A stretch of DNA of 64,000 nucleotides from an uncultured Anaerolineales bacterium (GTDB lineage Bacteria > Chloroflexota > Anaerolineae > Anaerolineales > UBA11858). The stretch lies in contig CAYWIC010000001.1 of NCBI GenBank assembly GCA_964458115.1, positions 11,984 to 75,983 on the forward strand, given 5' to 3'. Positions 27,596 to 36,353 of this stretch are shown one piece after another. Below the pieces are notes generated by a model that was not told the DNA's origin, made no database searches, and was given only the letters and a program-made list of their open reading frames with translations. The position numbers and the translations under genes are program-made. Each line of letters begins with the position of its first letter. The stretch's first letter is position 1.

Positions 27596-28704
27596 GGTAT
27601 TGAATTCTTTCTCCGCACTTTCAAAATAGCGATCTTGGTGGGGTGGTTGAAGGGTGCTGGATCTGTGGGTGGCGCATTAACGATCGTTTCTGGGTAACCA
27701 GTGATATCTTCAGGTACCGTGATCAAGGATTCGATGGATAGATACCCATCGGCACTAAGGGTTTCAAGGGAAGCAAGATAATCTTTTCCACTCAAGAATA
27801 GGGCGTTGTTGATCGCCACCAGGTAGCCACCATCGCTTACCAGTGGACGCACTTTATTGATCAGGCGCGTGCTTTCATTGACCAGGTCAACCGATCCTTT
27901 CTTAGTGCTCGAAAAGAAGGGCGGGTCGAGGATCACGCAGTCGAACAGCTCTCCTTTGCGCTTGAGTTGGGATACTATGCTGAAGAAATCGTTGGCCTTC
28001 AATTTCATTTTGCCGATGTCCAGTCGGTTGAGTATGCCGCTTGTGCGGGCTAATTCCAGAAATTTACGCTTGAGATCGGTTTGCAAGACGTACTCCGCAC
28101 CCCCGGCCAGAGCCGCTACCCCCAGGCTGCCAGTGTAGGCGAATGTGTTGAGGACGCGCCATCCTTCGACATGGCTCAGGACAGGCCCATCGACTTCGCT
28201 CGGGGCAGGATCTCCCGCGTTATCGATCAGCCATCGCCGCAGGTTGCGTGTATCCAAATAGAAGCTGGCATCTTGTTGCATCAACAGGTCGAGAGCGTAC
28301 CAGACTCCGTGCTCGCGGGTTTTTTCGGTTGGCGAATCGCCAAAGGCAAGTACTCCTCTCCTTCGAGCAGGATCACGCGCCGAGCGTGTCTTATGAACCA
28401 CGCAATCGATCCAAGGTAGCCTCTCGAGTAAAAATGCTTGTGCCCTGCCTAAAATATCCACTGATTCCCCATAGTTGAATAGGACCAAGGTCGTGCCATA
28501 GAGGTCGACGACCAGGTCTGGGCAGCCCTCATAAAAACCGTTGAACAATCTAAGACTTCGGTAGTCTGATAAACTTGAGCGGGCGTCAAAGGCTTGGGAG
28601 AGGACTTCTTCCAGTGGGAGCATGCTGGGGATTATAGCACCTGTAGCGGCGAACCCTTGAATGTTTTTGAAAGCGTTTTGCAACACGTGTTTGGGGTAGA
28701 CCAT
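27568..28704 (-). CDS. class I SAM-dependent rRNA methyltransferase (RlmI/RlmK-like)
   Basis: VLNTFAYTGSLGVAALAGGA SAM-binding motif, DCVILDPPFFS catalytic motif, and a PUA-like N-terminal region. Confidence 0.7.
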   Translation of the reverse strand: MVYPKHVLQNAFKNIQGFAATGAIIPSMLPLEEVLSQAFDARSSLSDYRSLRLFNGFYEGCPDLVVDLYGTTLVLFNYGESVDILGRAQAFLLERLPWIDCVVHKTRSARDPARRRGVLAFGDSPTEKTREHGVWYALDLLMQQDASFYLDTRNLRRWLIDNAGDPAPSEVDGPVLSHVEGWRVLNTFAYTGSLGVAALAGGAEYVLQTDLKRKFLELARTSGILNRLDIGKMKLKANDFFSIVSQLKRKGELFDCVILDPPFFSSTKKGSVDLVNESTRLINKVRPLVSDGGYLVAINNALFLSGKDYLASLETLSADGYLSIESLITVPEDITGYPETIVNAPPTDPAPFNHPTKIAILKVRRKNSIPDPKGLTIL

Positions 28705-28737
28705 CGATTGGTTGGTTGCGGTAGAATATGAATAAAA

Positions 28738-29886
28738 ATGAATACTTCTCCCAATCCCATCGAAATCACCTGCTCGCGCGACTTTTTAGTTTGGCTCTCA
28801 CAAGAACACATTAGTATCGCCTTCACCACGTACCAGACGAACCGTCTGTTTATGCTGGGCGTCAAACAAAATGGCGCACTTTCTGCCATTGAACGACTTC
28901 TCGATCGCCCGATGGGGTTGTTCGCCCAGCGCGACCGCCTGTATGTGGGTTGCCGCTACCAGATCTGGCAGTTCGATAATGCCCTGCCACCGGATGCGAC
29001 CCATAACGGCTACGATGCCTTGTACGTTCCCCGCCGCAGCTACACTACCGGTGATGTTGATGTGCATGATGTACGTCTGGATAATAATGATGACCGTCTG
29101 GTGTTTGTCAATACACTTTATAGCTGCCTAGCGACAATCAGCGAACGCTATAGTTTCAAACCGATTTGGCAGCCCACTTTCATTTCTAAACTGGTCCCTG
29201 AAGACCGCTGCCATCTCAATGGCTTGGCAATCGTAGACGGACAGCCCCGCTACGTCACGGCTGTTTCCCACTCTGATTTGCAAAACGGCTGGCGGAAACA
29301 ACGTGAAAATGGGGGAATTTTGATTGACGTCCAGACCAATGAAATCCTGCTTGACAACCTTTCTATGCCTCATTCCCCTCGCCTATATCAAGATAAACTC
29401 TGGCTACTCAACGCTGGCAGCGGCGATCTAGGTTACGTAGATTTGAGAGCGGGGCTATTTGAGCCGGTGGTATTCTGCCCGGGATTTGCCCGCGGGCTGG
29501 CTTTCCACAAAAACTATGCCATTGTCGGTCTCTCCAAACCTCGGAGGGTCAAAGCTTTTGAAGGTCTCAGCCTGGAGGATCGACTGACTGATAATGAGAG
29601 CGATGCTATCTGTGGACTGGCGGTGATCGACCTGACGAGCGGCAGCGTGGCTCATTGGCTCAAAGTTGAGGGCCTGATAAGCGAACTTTACGATATTGAA
29701 GTGCTCCCAGACGTGCGCCGTCCGATGGTCCTGGGTTTCAAATCCGATGAAATATGCCGTTTTGTCTCTATCGACTACCTCAATGCCGACCCAGTATTCC
29801 AGGAGATCAAGAAAAATCCAGAGAAATATTCTGCTCCGATAGATTTTCTCGCATTGCAGAATGCGGAAACCAAGGATCGGCCTTAA
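28738..29886 (+). CDS. TIGR03032-like conserved hypothetical (beta-propeller-like) protein
   Basis: SIAFTTYQTNRLFMLG...ERLLDRPMGL pattern, recalled from the TIGR03032 family. Repeated beta-strand-rich blades. Confidence 0.45.
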   Translation: MNTSPNPIEITCSRDFLVWLSQEHISIAFTTYQTNRLFMLGVKQNGALSAIERLLDRPMGLFAQRDRLYVGCRYQIWQFDNALPPDATHNGYDALYVPRRSYTTGDVDVHDVRLDNNDDRLVFVNTLYSCLATISERYSFKPIWQPTFISKLVPEDRCHLNGLAIVDGQPRYVTAVSHSDLQNGWRKQRENGGILIDVQTNEILLDNLSMPHSPRLYQDKLWLLNAGSGDLGYVDLRAGLFEPVVFCPGFARGLAFHKNYAIVGLSKPRRVKAFEGLSLEDRLTDNESDAICGLAVIDLTSGSVAHWLKVEGLISELYDIEVLPDVRRPMVLGFKSDEICRFVSIDYLNADPVFQEIKKNPEKYSAPIDFLALQNAETKDRP

Positions 29887-30134
29887 AATTTCAAATACCC
29901 ATCCAACCATGGGAATTCAGTTACACGGCCCCGCCTGACCTAAATATTTACGTCGGTTTTATAGACTCCCACTTCTACCCCCGATACACTCACATAAGCA
30001 ATCAACCAACATTGGGCATGGATTATCTTTTGATTTAAGCACTTGAATAATCGTGTGCTCAAAATTTCATCGCCTAACAGTGTTCAATCTACGTGCATTT
30101 CATAGAAATGGCATCATCATACGGAGTCATCAGC

Positions 30135-32042
30135 ATGGTAGATCAAATGGTTTCACAGTCAACCGCGGTCCCCCAGATGAATAACGCCCAAAAGTCATCT
30201 GAAGAGAGCAATCGTTCGGATTTTTTGTTCATCTGGTTGCGCATCCAATGGTTGAAATCTCGCCTGGCTTACATTCTCTCTCGACTACGTGCGCTGCACT
30301 TCCGCCGCGGCTGGGGTTCTCGCTCCAGGAGAGAACTCAACCGAATAATGAAGGCCGCTGCATCAATGTTATTAGCTGCCTCGATGTTGCTGGTTCCCCT
30401 CAGCCCGGCTTACTCCGCGGATGTCACGTTTGCCGAACGGACGGGCATAGACAATCCCTTCAACGGCGTGGATGTAGGAAATACCAGTTCTCCCAGATTC
30501 GTGGACATAGATGGGGATGGCGATATGGATGCCTTCATTGGAGAATATGGTGGCTCTGTTTTCTACTATAAGAACACCGGCACAAATCTAGCCCCCAAAT
30601 TTACCCAACAAACTGGCGCCGACAATCCCTTAGACAGCGTGAGTACGGGAACAAACAGCGTACCCAGTTTTGTGAATGTGGATGGAGATGGCGATATGGA
30701 CGCCTTCATCGGGGCTGGGAATGGAAAAATACTCTATTATAAGAACACCGGTACAAACCTGGCCCCAGTCTTCACCCAACAAACCGGCGGCGATAATCCC
30801 TTCGACGGCGTGGATGTGGGTGACGATAGCGCGCCAACCTTCGTGGACGTGGACGGGGATGGGGATATGGATGCCTTCATTGGGGCATTTGACGGTACGA
30901 TCTATTACTATAAGAATACCGGTACCAATCTAGCTCCAGTCTTCAACCAGCAAACCGGCGCTGATAACCCCTTTGATGGGGTGGATGTGGGGAGCGCAAG
31001 CAAACCCAGCTTCGCAGATATAGATGGGGATGGGGATAAGGATGCCTTCATTGGGGCTGACGATGGAAAGATCTATTATTATGAGAATACCAGCCCACCT
31101 CCCTCATCAGACGAAGGCGGCGATGACGCTGCTGATGCCGGCAGTGACGATAGCTCCGGATGCAGTTTTGGAGTAGGGGAATCGGGCGGTACGTATAACT
31201 GCGATTTGGGGAAGGTAGTAATCCCCGCGGGCACCGTCGATGATGCCTGTCAACTGGTCATCGAAGAGAGCTCTAGTGGAAACTTCAAGCTGGGCGATCA
31301 GGTTTATGACGTCAAGCTGATCTGCAACGGCCTGAATGTGACACAGCTTCCCAAGTCAGTCAAGGTATGCATCCGGCCTACGGTAGGGGGCACGGCGGGA
31401 AAACAGCTCTTTCACCAGCATAGCGGAGCCAGTGTTTTCACACCGCTGAATGTTGTGGGTGGTCCGGCTGGTCATGTCTGTGGAGAGACCAGCAAACTCT
31501 CGCTCTTTGGTCTGGGGACGTTGCAACTGCCCGATACCGGATTCGCACCAGGGGCGGTGACATTGCTCGAAGAGCAACCTGCTGAGATCATCTATTCGGC
31601 GACAAGGGATTTGCGTTTGGAGATACCCACTTTGGGCGTGGAACTGCCCATCGTTGGGATTCCGCTGACTGGGCAAGGCTGGAATGTCACTTGGCTCGAT
31701 GAGTCTGCTGGCTATCTCGAGGGGACAGCCTACCCGACCTGGGCGGGCAACACTGCCCTGACTGCCCATGTTTGGGATGCAAACAATCAGCCGGGGCCTT
31801 TCGTGAACCTACACAAATTGCAGTTTGGGGATCAAATCTTTATCAAAGCCTGGGGAAAGACCTACACCTACGAGGTGCGTGATGTTATGCAAGCGCGTCC
31901 AAGTGACCTGAGCACTTTGCCCCACGACGATTACGACGTGTTGACGCTGATCACCTGTCAGGGCTACGATGAATCCAGCGGGGAGTACGATTGGAGATTA
32001 GCTGTGAGGGCTGTGCTCGTATCAGTAGACATTAATCAGTAA
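30135..32042 (+). CDS. FG-GAP/VCBS-repeat protein fused to a C-terminal sortase domain
   Basis: Four 59-aa repeats (DxDGDGDMDAFIG..G.I.YYKNTGTNLAP.FTQQTG.DNPF). The C-terminus has sortase His (ALTAHV), TLITC and RLAVRAV motifs. The ATG at 30135 follows GGAG; alternative starts are 30093 and 30348. Confidence 0.75.
   Translation: MVDQMVSQSTAVPQMNNAQKSSEESNRSDFLFIWLRIQWLKSRLAYILSRLRALHFRRGWGSRSRRELNRIMKAAASMLLAASMLLVPLSPAYSADVTFAERTGIDNPFNGVDVGNTSSPRFVDIDGDGDMDAFIGEYGGSVFYYKNTGTNLAPKFTQQTGADNPLDSVSTGTNSVPSFVNVDGDGDMDAFIGAGNGKILYYKNTGTNLAPVFTQQTGGDNPFDGVDVGDDSAPTFVDVDGDGDMDAFIGAFDGTIYYYKNTGTNLAPVFNQQTGADNPFDGVDVGSASKPSFADIDGDGDKDAFIGADDGKIYYYENTSPPPSSDEGGDDAADAGSDDSSGCSFGVGESGGTYNCDLGKVVIPAGTVDDACQLVIEESSSGNFKLGDQVYDVKLICNGLNVTQLPKSVKVCIRPTVGGTAGKQLFHQHSGASVFTPLNVVGGPAGHVCGETSKLSLFGLGTLQLPDTGFAPGAVTLLEEQPAEIIYSATRDLRLEIPTLGVELPIVGIPLTGQGWNVTWLDESAGYLEGTAYPTWAGNTALTAHVWDANNQPGPFVNLHKLQFGDQIFIKAWGKTYTYEVRDVMQARPSDLSTLPHDDYDVLTLITCQGYDESSGEYDWRLAVRAVLVSVDINQ
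30436..31094 (+). repeat. in-frame tandem repeats (~177 bp x4) encoding FG-GAP units
   Basis: Near-identical GATGGGGATGGCGATATGGATGCCTTCATTGG blocks recur with a 177-bp period. Confidence 0.7.
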
Positions 32043-32147
32043 CCAGTAAACAGTCACTATAAACTCGAAAAGTCCCTGGCGGCGTGCCGTGCTGCTCGGG
32101 ACTTCACTGTTTATTGAAGACTATATACCGAACCTTGGGTCAGTGAG

Positions 32148-33656
32148 TTATGCCGGCAGTTCAATTGTGAATCGAGTCCCCCTCCCTAACTCACTTTCAA
32201 CCCCAATCTTCCCCCCGTGCATTTCGACAATCGACTTGGCGATTGCCAATCCCAATCCGGTTTCGCCACCCTCGCCGTTGCGGGCGTCATCCACACGATA
32301 GAAGCGGTCGAATATGCGCGAGATGTCGGATGGATTGATTCCCGTTCCAGTATCTGCAACGGAAAATTTGACCGACGGCTGACCGCTGACTGCTGACTGC
32401 TGGCTGCTGACCGCAATCATCCCATCTTCAGGAGTATAGCGCAGAGCATTGCTGACCAGGTTGCCCAGCACTTGCATCATGCGGTCAGGGTCAGCGTTGA
32501 TGCGTGGCAGGCCTGCTTCGGTCTGGATGGAGAGTTCGATGCCTTTTTGGTCAGCGGCGTGTTGATAGGCCGCCTTCACTTGCTCTAGCAATCCAAGAGG
32601 GGCAATCGGGGCGCGGTTGAGAGAGAGTTCCCCAGCTTCAGCCAGCGAGAGTGTGCGCAGGTCTTCGACCAGACGTTGTAGTTGATGAACTTCTTTGTGC
32701 ATCGTTTCCAGCCGCTCGGGTGTAGGTTTTAGCACGCCATCTCGCATAGACTCGATATACCCGCCGATGACTGACAACGGAGTTCGTAAGTCATGTGCAA
32801 TATCGGCCGTCATCTGGCGGCGTTGTTCGCTGAGGTGGGCCAGATCGGCGCTCATCTGGTTGAAGTCGCTCGCCAATTGGCCGATCTCGTCTTTTGAGTG
32901 AACAGCCACCTGACGACCGAACTCCCCCGTAGCAGTGTGGCGAATTGCGGTGGTCAGTTCGCGCAAGGGACGGGTCAGTCCACGGGTGAGCACCAGGCTG
33001 ATCACCAGGGCGATGCCCATGGCTCCTAGAGTAGCGTAGATCAGCGACTGATTGGTGCGCTCCAAAAATAATTCTTCACGTTTTGCCAAAGGGGGAATAT
33101 CCCCTGTGGCAATGACTGTGCCCACGGCTTGACCGTCGATCTCAATGGCGGTGCCGCTCTCCCACTGGTCTTCAGACAGGAAATCTCCCATGCGGTACTC
33201 GCCAGCCGGGACGACCACTCGCCCGCGGATGTCGATAAGTGCAAAGGTAAGGGGTTGGTTGCCCACTGCATTGCCAAGATTATCTTGCGGTGGTGGCTGT
33301 TGAGCGGGTTGTTGTGGAGGAGGTTGTTGTTGGGCTGGCGCTTGCCCTGGTTGGCGCGGTTGCTGACCCTCAGGCGGATTCTGTAATACCCCAGCTGGTT
33401 GCTGTTGCGGAAGTTGTCCTGGAGGGTTACTCTGTTGATTCTGGCGGCGGAAGATCGATGCCGCAAACCCCTGCCACGAGCCGGTAGCCTGGTAATAAGT
33501 TGTCGCCCGGTCGATGAAGTTATTCTGGGCGTTGCTAAAGGCCAGCCTTTCGAAATCTCGTTGCGTGGTGAAGCGCGTGATCGCCGCGGCTAAAAGAGCC
33601 ACAGTAAGGCTGATGGCCAGAAATGCCAGGAGCAGTTTGGGAGCCAGTGAACGCAT
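32148..33656 (-). CDS. sensor histidine kinase (HAMP-HisKA-HATPase) with Pro/Gln-rich insert in the extracytoplasmic domain
   Basis: Two TM helices, a HAMP domain, H-box AHDLRTPL, and N/G boxes ([26 protein letters not shown]). The sensor loop holds about 70 aa of P/Q-rich sequence. Confidence 0.9.
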   Translation of the reverse strand: MRSLAPKLLLAFLAISLTVALLAAAITRFTTQRDFERLAFSNAQNNFIDRATTYYQATGSWQGFAASIFRRQNQQSNPPGQLPQQQPAGVLQNPPEGQQPRQPGQAPAQQQPPPQQPAQQPPPQDNLGNAVGNQPLTFALIDIRGRVVVPAGEYRMGDFLSEDQWESGTAIEIDGQAVGTVIATGDIPPLAKREELFLERTNQSLIYATLGAMGIALVISLVLTRGLTRPLRELTTAIRHTATGEFGRQVAVHSKDEIGQLASDFNQMSADLAHLSEQRRQMTADIAHDLRTPLSVIGGYIESMRDGVLKPTPERLETMHKEVHQLQRLVEDLRTLSLAEAGELSLNRAPIAPLGLLEQVKAAYQHAADQKGIELSIQTEAGLPRINADPDRMMQVLGNLVSNALRYTPEDGMIAVSSQQSAVSGQPSVKFSVADTGTGINPSDISRIFDRFYRVDDARNGEGGETGLGLAIAKSIVEMHGGKIGVESELGRGTRFTIELPA

Positions 33657-33707
33657 AGTTTCAATGAATAGTAACCAGTGGGAGGCGGGCAGAAAACTGA
33701 ATGCCGT

Positions 33708-34403
33708 TCACTGTCCACTGTCCATTGTCTGAAAGCGATACCCAACCCCAAAGACGGTCTCGATGCGCTGCGGGTTGCTGGGGTCGGTCTCGATCTTCGT
33801 ACGCAGGTTACGGATGTGCACATCTATCGTGCGCTCGACGCCCTCGAAGGCTGTACCCTGCAAACTTTCCAGCAGATCCAGACGGGAGAAGACGCGTCCC
33901 GGGGCAGTCATCAGCACTACTAACAGATCGAACTCCGAGGGGGTCAGATCGACGTATTGATCCCCCACCTTTACGGTGTGCTCGTCCTGGTTGAGGGTGA
34001 TCCCGCCTCCGCGCAGAATATTGGCCGGCGGCGCGGCCTGGCTGGTACGCCTCAGCACCGCCCGGATGCGGGCGACGATTTCCTTCATGCCAAAGGGCTT
34101 GGTGACGTAGTCGTCGGCGCCTAACTCCAGGCCCAGCACCTTGTCCGTCTCTTCTAATTTGGCAGTCAGCATGATGATGGGCGTATCGCTCTCTTTGCGG
34201 TAGTGGCGCATAAAATCATAGCCGCCCATCTCGGGCATCATGATATCGAGGATGATCAAGTCGGGTTTTTCGTGGCGCGCCACAAAGAGAGCTTCTCGGC
34301 CGTTCTCGGCAGTGACTACCTGGAAGCCCTCTTCGGTGAGATATTCTCTCAGCAGCGTACGCACATTGGCTTTGTCGTCTACGACGAGGATTGTTTTGGT
34401 CAT
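33708..34403 (-). CDS. OmpR/PhoB-family response regulator
   Basis: Receiver domain (ILVVDD, DLIILDIMMP, LTAK) and a winged-helix output (LTPSEFDLL..., RTIDVHIRNLRTKIE, VFGVGYRF). The start is placed at the ATG at 34403. Confidence 0.9.
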   Translation of the reverse strand: MTKTILVVDDKANVRTLLREYLTEEGFQVVTAENGREALFVARHEKPDLIILDIMMPEMGGYDFMRHYRKESDTPIIMLTAKLEETDKVLGLELGADDYVTKPFGMKEIVARIRAVLRRTSQAAPPANILRGGGITLNQDEHTVKVGDQYVDLTPSEFDLLVVLMTAPGRVFSRLDLLESLQGTAFEGVERTIDVHIRNLRTKIETDPSNPQRIETVFGVGYRFQTMDSGQ

Positions 34404-34480
34404 ACTGTTATTGTACCTAAAAACTCCCGAAGACCCTAAAGGTCTCAAAGTAGTTCAATGGGATTTCCCGTGAGAGGCCT

Positions 34481-34531
34481 CACATTTGGGGGTATGGGGC
34501 GTGCTCCGCTCGCCCCATACCCCCAAATGTG
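34481..34531. repeat. long palindromic element (TTTGGGGGTATGGGGCG family), copy 1
   Basis: 21-nt perfect arms CACATTTGGGGGTATGGGGCG / CGCCCCATACCCCCAAATGTG with a 9-nt loop. It lies between the secreted-protein gene and the response regulator gene. Confidence 0.75.
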
Positions 34532-34590
34532 GAACATTGCATCGGCAATTCCTGGAGATCGCTCAATGACCTTTTGGGTCTAGAAAAAAT

Positions 34591-36021
34591 CTACGGCGTC
34601 GCCTTCCAGGTCAAATAATCGAAGGTCAAACCATTGTTGTCAAAGTGAGTTGGCCGCAGCCAGCCATGATAGGTGCCCACACCTGGTGTAAATTGATAGC
34701 AATAGTACTCAGTCTCCGAGATGGGCCAGATGGCAGATTGGCCGTAAGAGGCATTCTCGCAATCCGACTTGCTCGGCTCGTCTGCAAAGGCTTCTGAAAA
34801 CAGCGCTTCTTTGGGCACAATCTGCATCACAGTGAGGGTATTTCTGATCATTTTCCTGAATAACAATCCAGCGAAAACACCGCTGCATTGTTCGTTGAGT
34901 TGGCCATTCTGAACATCGAAACACTCCCCGGTGAGCATGGAGACCTGATCGCCCTGGCTCTCGACGAAAAGAGCATTGGGGTTAATGGGCTGCATCTGGG
35001 GTGGATCGGCTTCAAAGGTCACAAAATCGAAGGTAACGCCATTCTGGTCGAAGCGTTCTACCCGGATCCAGCCGTAGGTCGTATTGACAATATTGCTGAT
35101 TTGGAAGCAGAAGTACTTATCTTCCAGGGCTGAATGCGCCATCGGGAGATACACCTCAGCTTCACAGGCGGCTTTATCGGGCTCGTCATCACGGTTAGTT
35201 GCCAGCTCGGTGTTGTTTTCACCATGAAATTTTCCGCTCGTCACGGGGTTGAACTGATACATGATGTCTGCAGACGAGTCGTTGCAATCTACTTCCTGAC
35301 CGTTGTTCAGGTCGAAGCATTGCCCGTTCAATAGAGTCTCACCGCTACCCGTTGTCTGCGCTTCGGGATTGCTTTCCGGTTCAGGGGTTGGGGACGGGGT
35401 GTTGCCGCCGCTGGGGATGACTTTGATCGCAACTCTCAGCGGGCTATTCGGCGGAGCGTCCATCCCAAAAACATGACCCTGTGCATCGATCATCTTCCAT
35501 GCAGAGACGTAAGCACCCGGTTGAGAAGGGGCCTGCATTTCGACAGATAGCGTCGTCGAGTGCCCCGGTGCTACTGGCGTAGAAAGAGAAAGAATTTCCT
35601 CTGAAACGCCGATATCGCCTCCCAGCATCTTCAATTTGTATTGCGGGTTCCAGGTGCAGTCGCCGGTATTCTCGATTGTCCAATTGACCTGGAAGACATC
35701 ATCTGGCTGGAACTGCTGGCCGTTGGTGACATTGGCGTTGGCGATGAAGCCATCGCTGCATTGAACCCCGTCCTGGGGCTGGGAAGGCTGAACCGGTTGA
35801 TTTGGTTCCGCTGGCTCAGGAGCCTCAGCCTGTTCAGGTTCTTCCTGTTGTTCAGGGGGAGTTTCAGTCTCAGATTCGGTTGCATCAGGTTGTTGAACAG
35901 TTTGATCCTCGGGAGGAGAATCCGCCTCGGGGGTCTCGGATAATCCTGGTAGGGAACAGGCAAATTGTGCTAGGGCTAACGTAATGATTATCGACATTAG
36001 AACAATGACTTTGTACTTCAT
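34591..36021 (-). CDS. secreted protein: acidic/Pro linker, NBR1-FW-like Ig domain, two paralogous ~120-aa 4-Cys domains
   Basis: Signal peptide MKYKVIVLMSIIITLALAQFAC after AAGGAGG. NBR1-like segment FQVNWTIENTGDCTWNPQYKLKMLGG...GAYVSAWKMIDAQGHVFG. Internal duplication GQCFDLNNGQ.../GECFDVQNGQ.... Confidence 0.6.
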   Translation of the reverse strand: MKYKVIVLMSIIITLALAQFACSLPGLSETPEADSPPEDQTVQQPDATESETETPPEQQEEPEQAEAPEPAEPNQPVQPSQPQDGVQCSDGFIANANVTNGQQFQPDDVFQVNWTIENTGDCTWNPQYKLKMLGGDIGVSEEILSLSTPVAPGHSTTLSVEMQAPSQPGAYVSAWKMIDAQGHVFGMDAPPNSPLRVAIKVIPSGGNTPSPTPEPESNPEAQTTGSGETLLNGQCFDLNNGQEVDCNDSSADIMYQFNPVTSGKFHGENNTELATNRDDEPDKAACEAEVYLPMAHSALEDKYFCFQISNIVNTTYGWIRVERFDQNGVTFDFVTFEADPPQMQPINPNALFVESQGDQVSMLTGECFDVQNGQLNEQCSGVFAGLLFRKMIRNTLTVMQIVPKEALFSEAFADEPSKSDCENASYGQSAIWPISETEYYCYQFTPGVGTYHGWLRPTHFDNNGLTFDYLTWKATP

Positions 36022-36087
36022 GACTGCCTCCTTTGGAGTACTCTCCATTTACTCGTTTGAAAAACATGAATCTTGTAAAGTGGTCTT

Positions 36088-36135
36088 AGGATAGCACAGA
36101 GATGTTCAGAAGTTGTTTAGATTGTGTTTAGCACC
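36088..36135 (-). promoter_or_regulatory. regulon promoter (a): extended -10 plus three phased 11-bp direct repeats
   Basis: On the forward strand, AGGATA at 36088-36093 corresponds to TATCCT on the coding strand, followed by GCA (TGC). After 9 bp come TGTTCAG (36103), TGTTTAG (36114) and TGTTTAG (36125). Confidence 0.6.
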
Positions 36136-36187
36136 ACGATAGAAGTTGTAAGAAACAAAGGATTGTTCTCAAGAAGTTGCCAAGATG

Positions 36188-36250
36188 ATTATCCGAATTT
36201 AGGGGTGAGCGGGTTGCAGAGCAACCCGCTCACCCCTAAATTCGGATAAT
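36188..36250. repeat. 63-bp perfect palindrome (AATTTAGGGGTGAGCGGG type)
   Basis: ATTATCCGAATTTAGGGGTGAGCGGGTTGC-AGA-GCAACCCGCTCACCCCTAAATTCGGATAAT, in a divergent intergenic region. Confidence 0.75.
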
Positions 36251-36353
36251 TTCACCGAGTTTCACAATAATCATTATTAAATTGGAGTAATAAGGTACAA
36301 ATTATGATTTATAATTGGTATTATGAAATAAGTTGCACAAAGGAGGTTTTTTT

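Noticed and set aside
30436-31094. Regular ~177-bp tandem repeats that could look like a CRISPR or VNTR array
   Set aside because: The repeats are contiguous with no spacers, they are in frame, and they encode canonical FG-GAP calcium-binding units within one long ORF.
35831-35855. Two TGTTCAG heptamers inside the NBR1-like protein gene
   Set aside because: The spacing is 18 bp rather than 11, there is no adjacent -10 box, and the sequence lies within coding sequence for a repetitive PEQ-rich linker.
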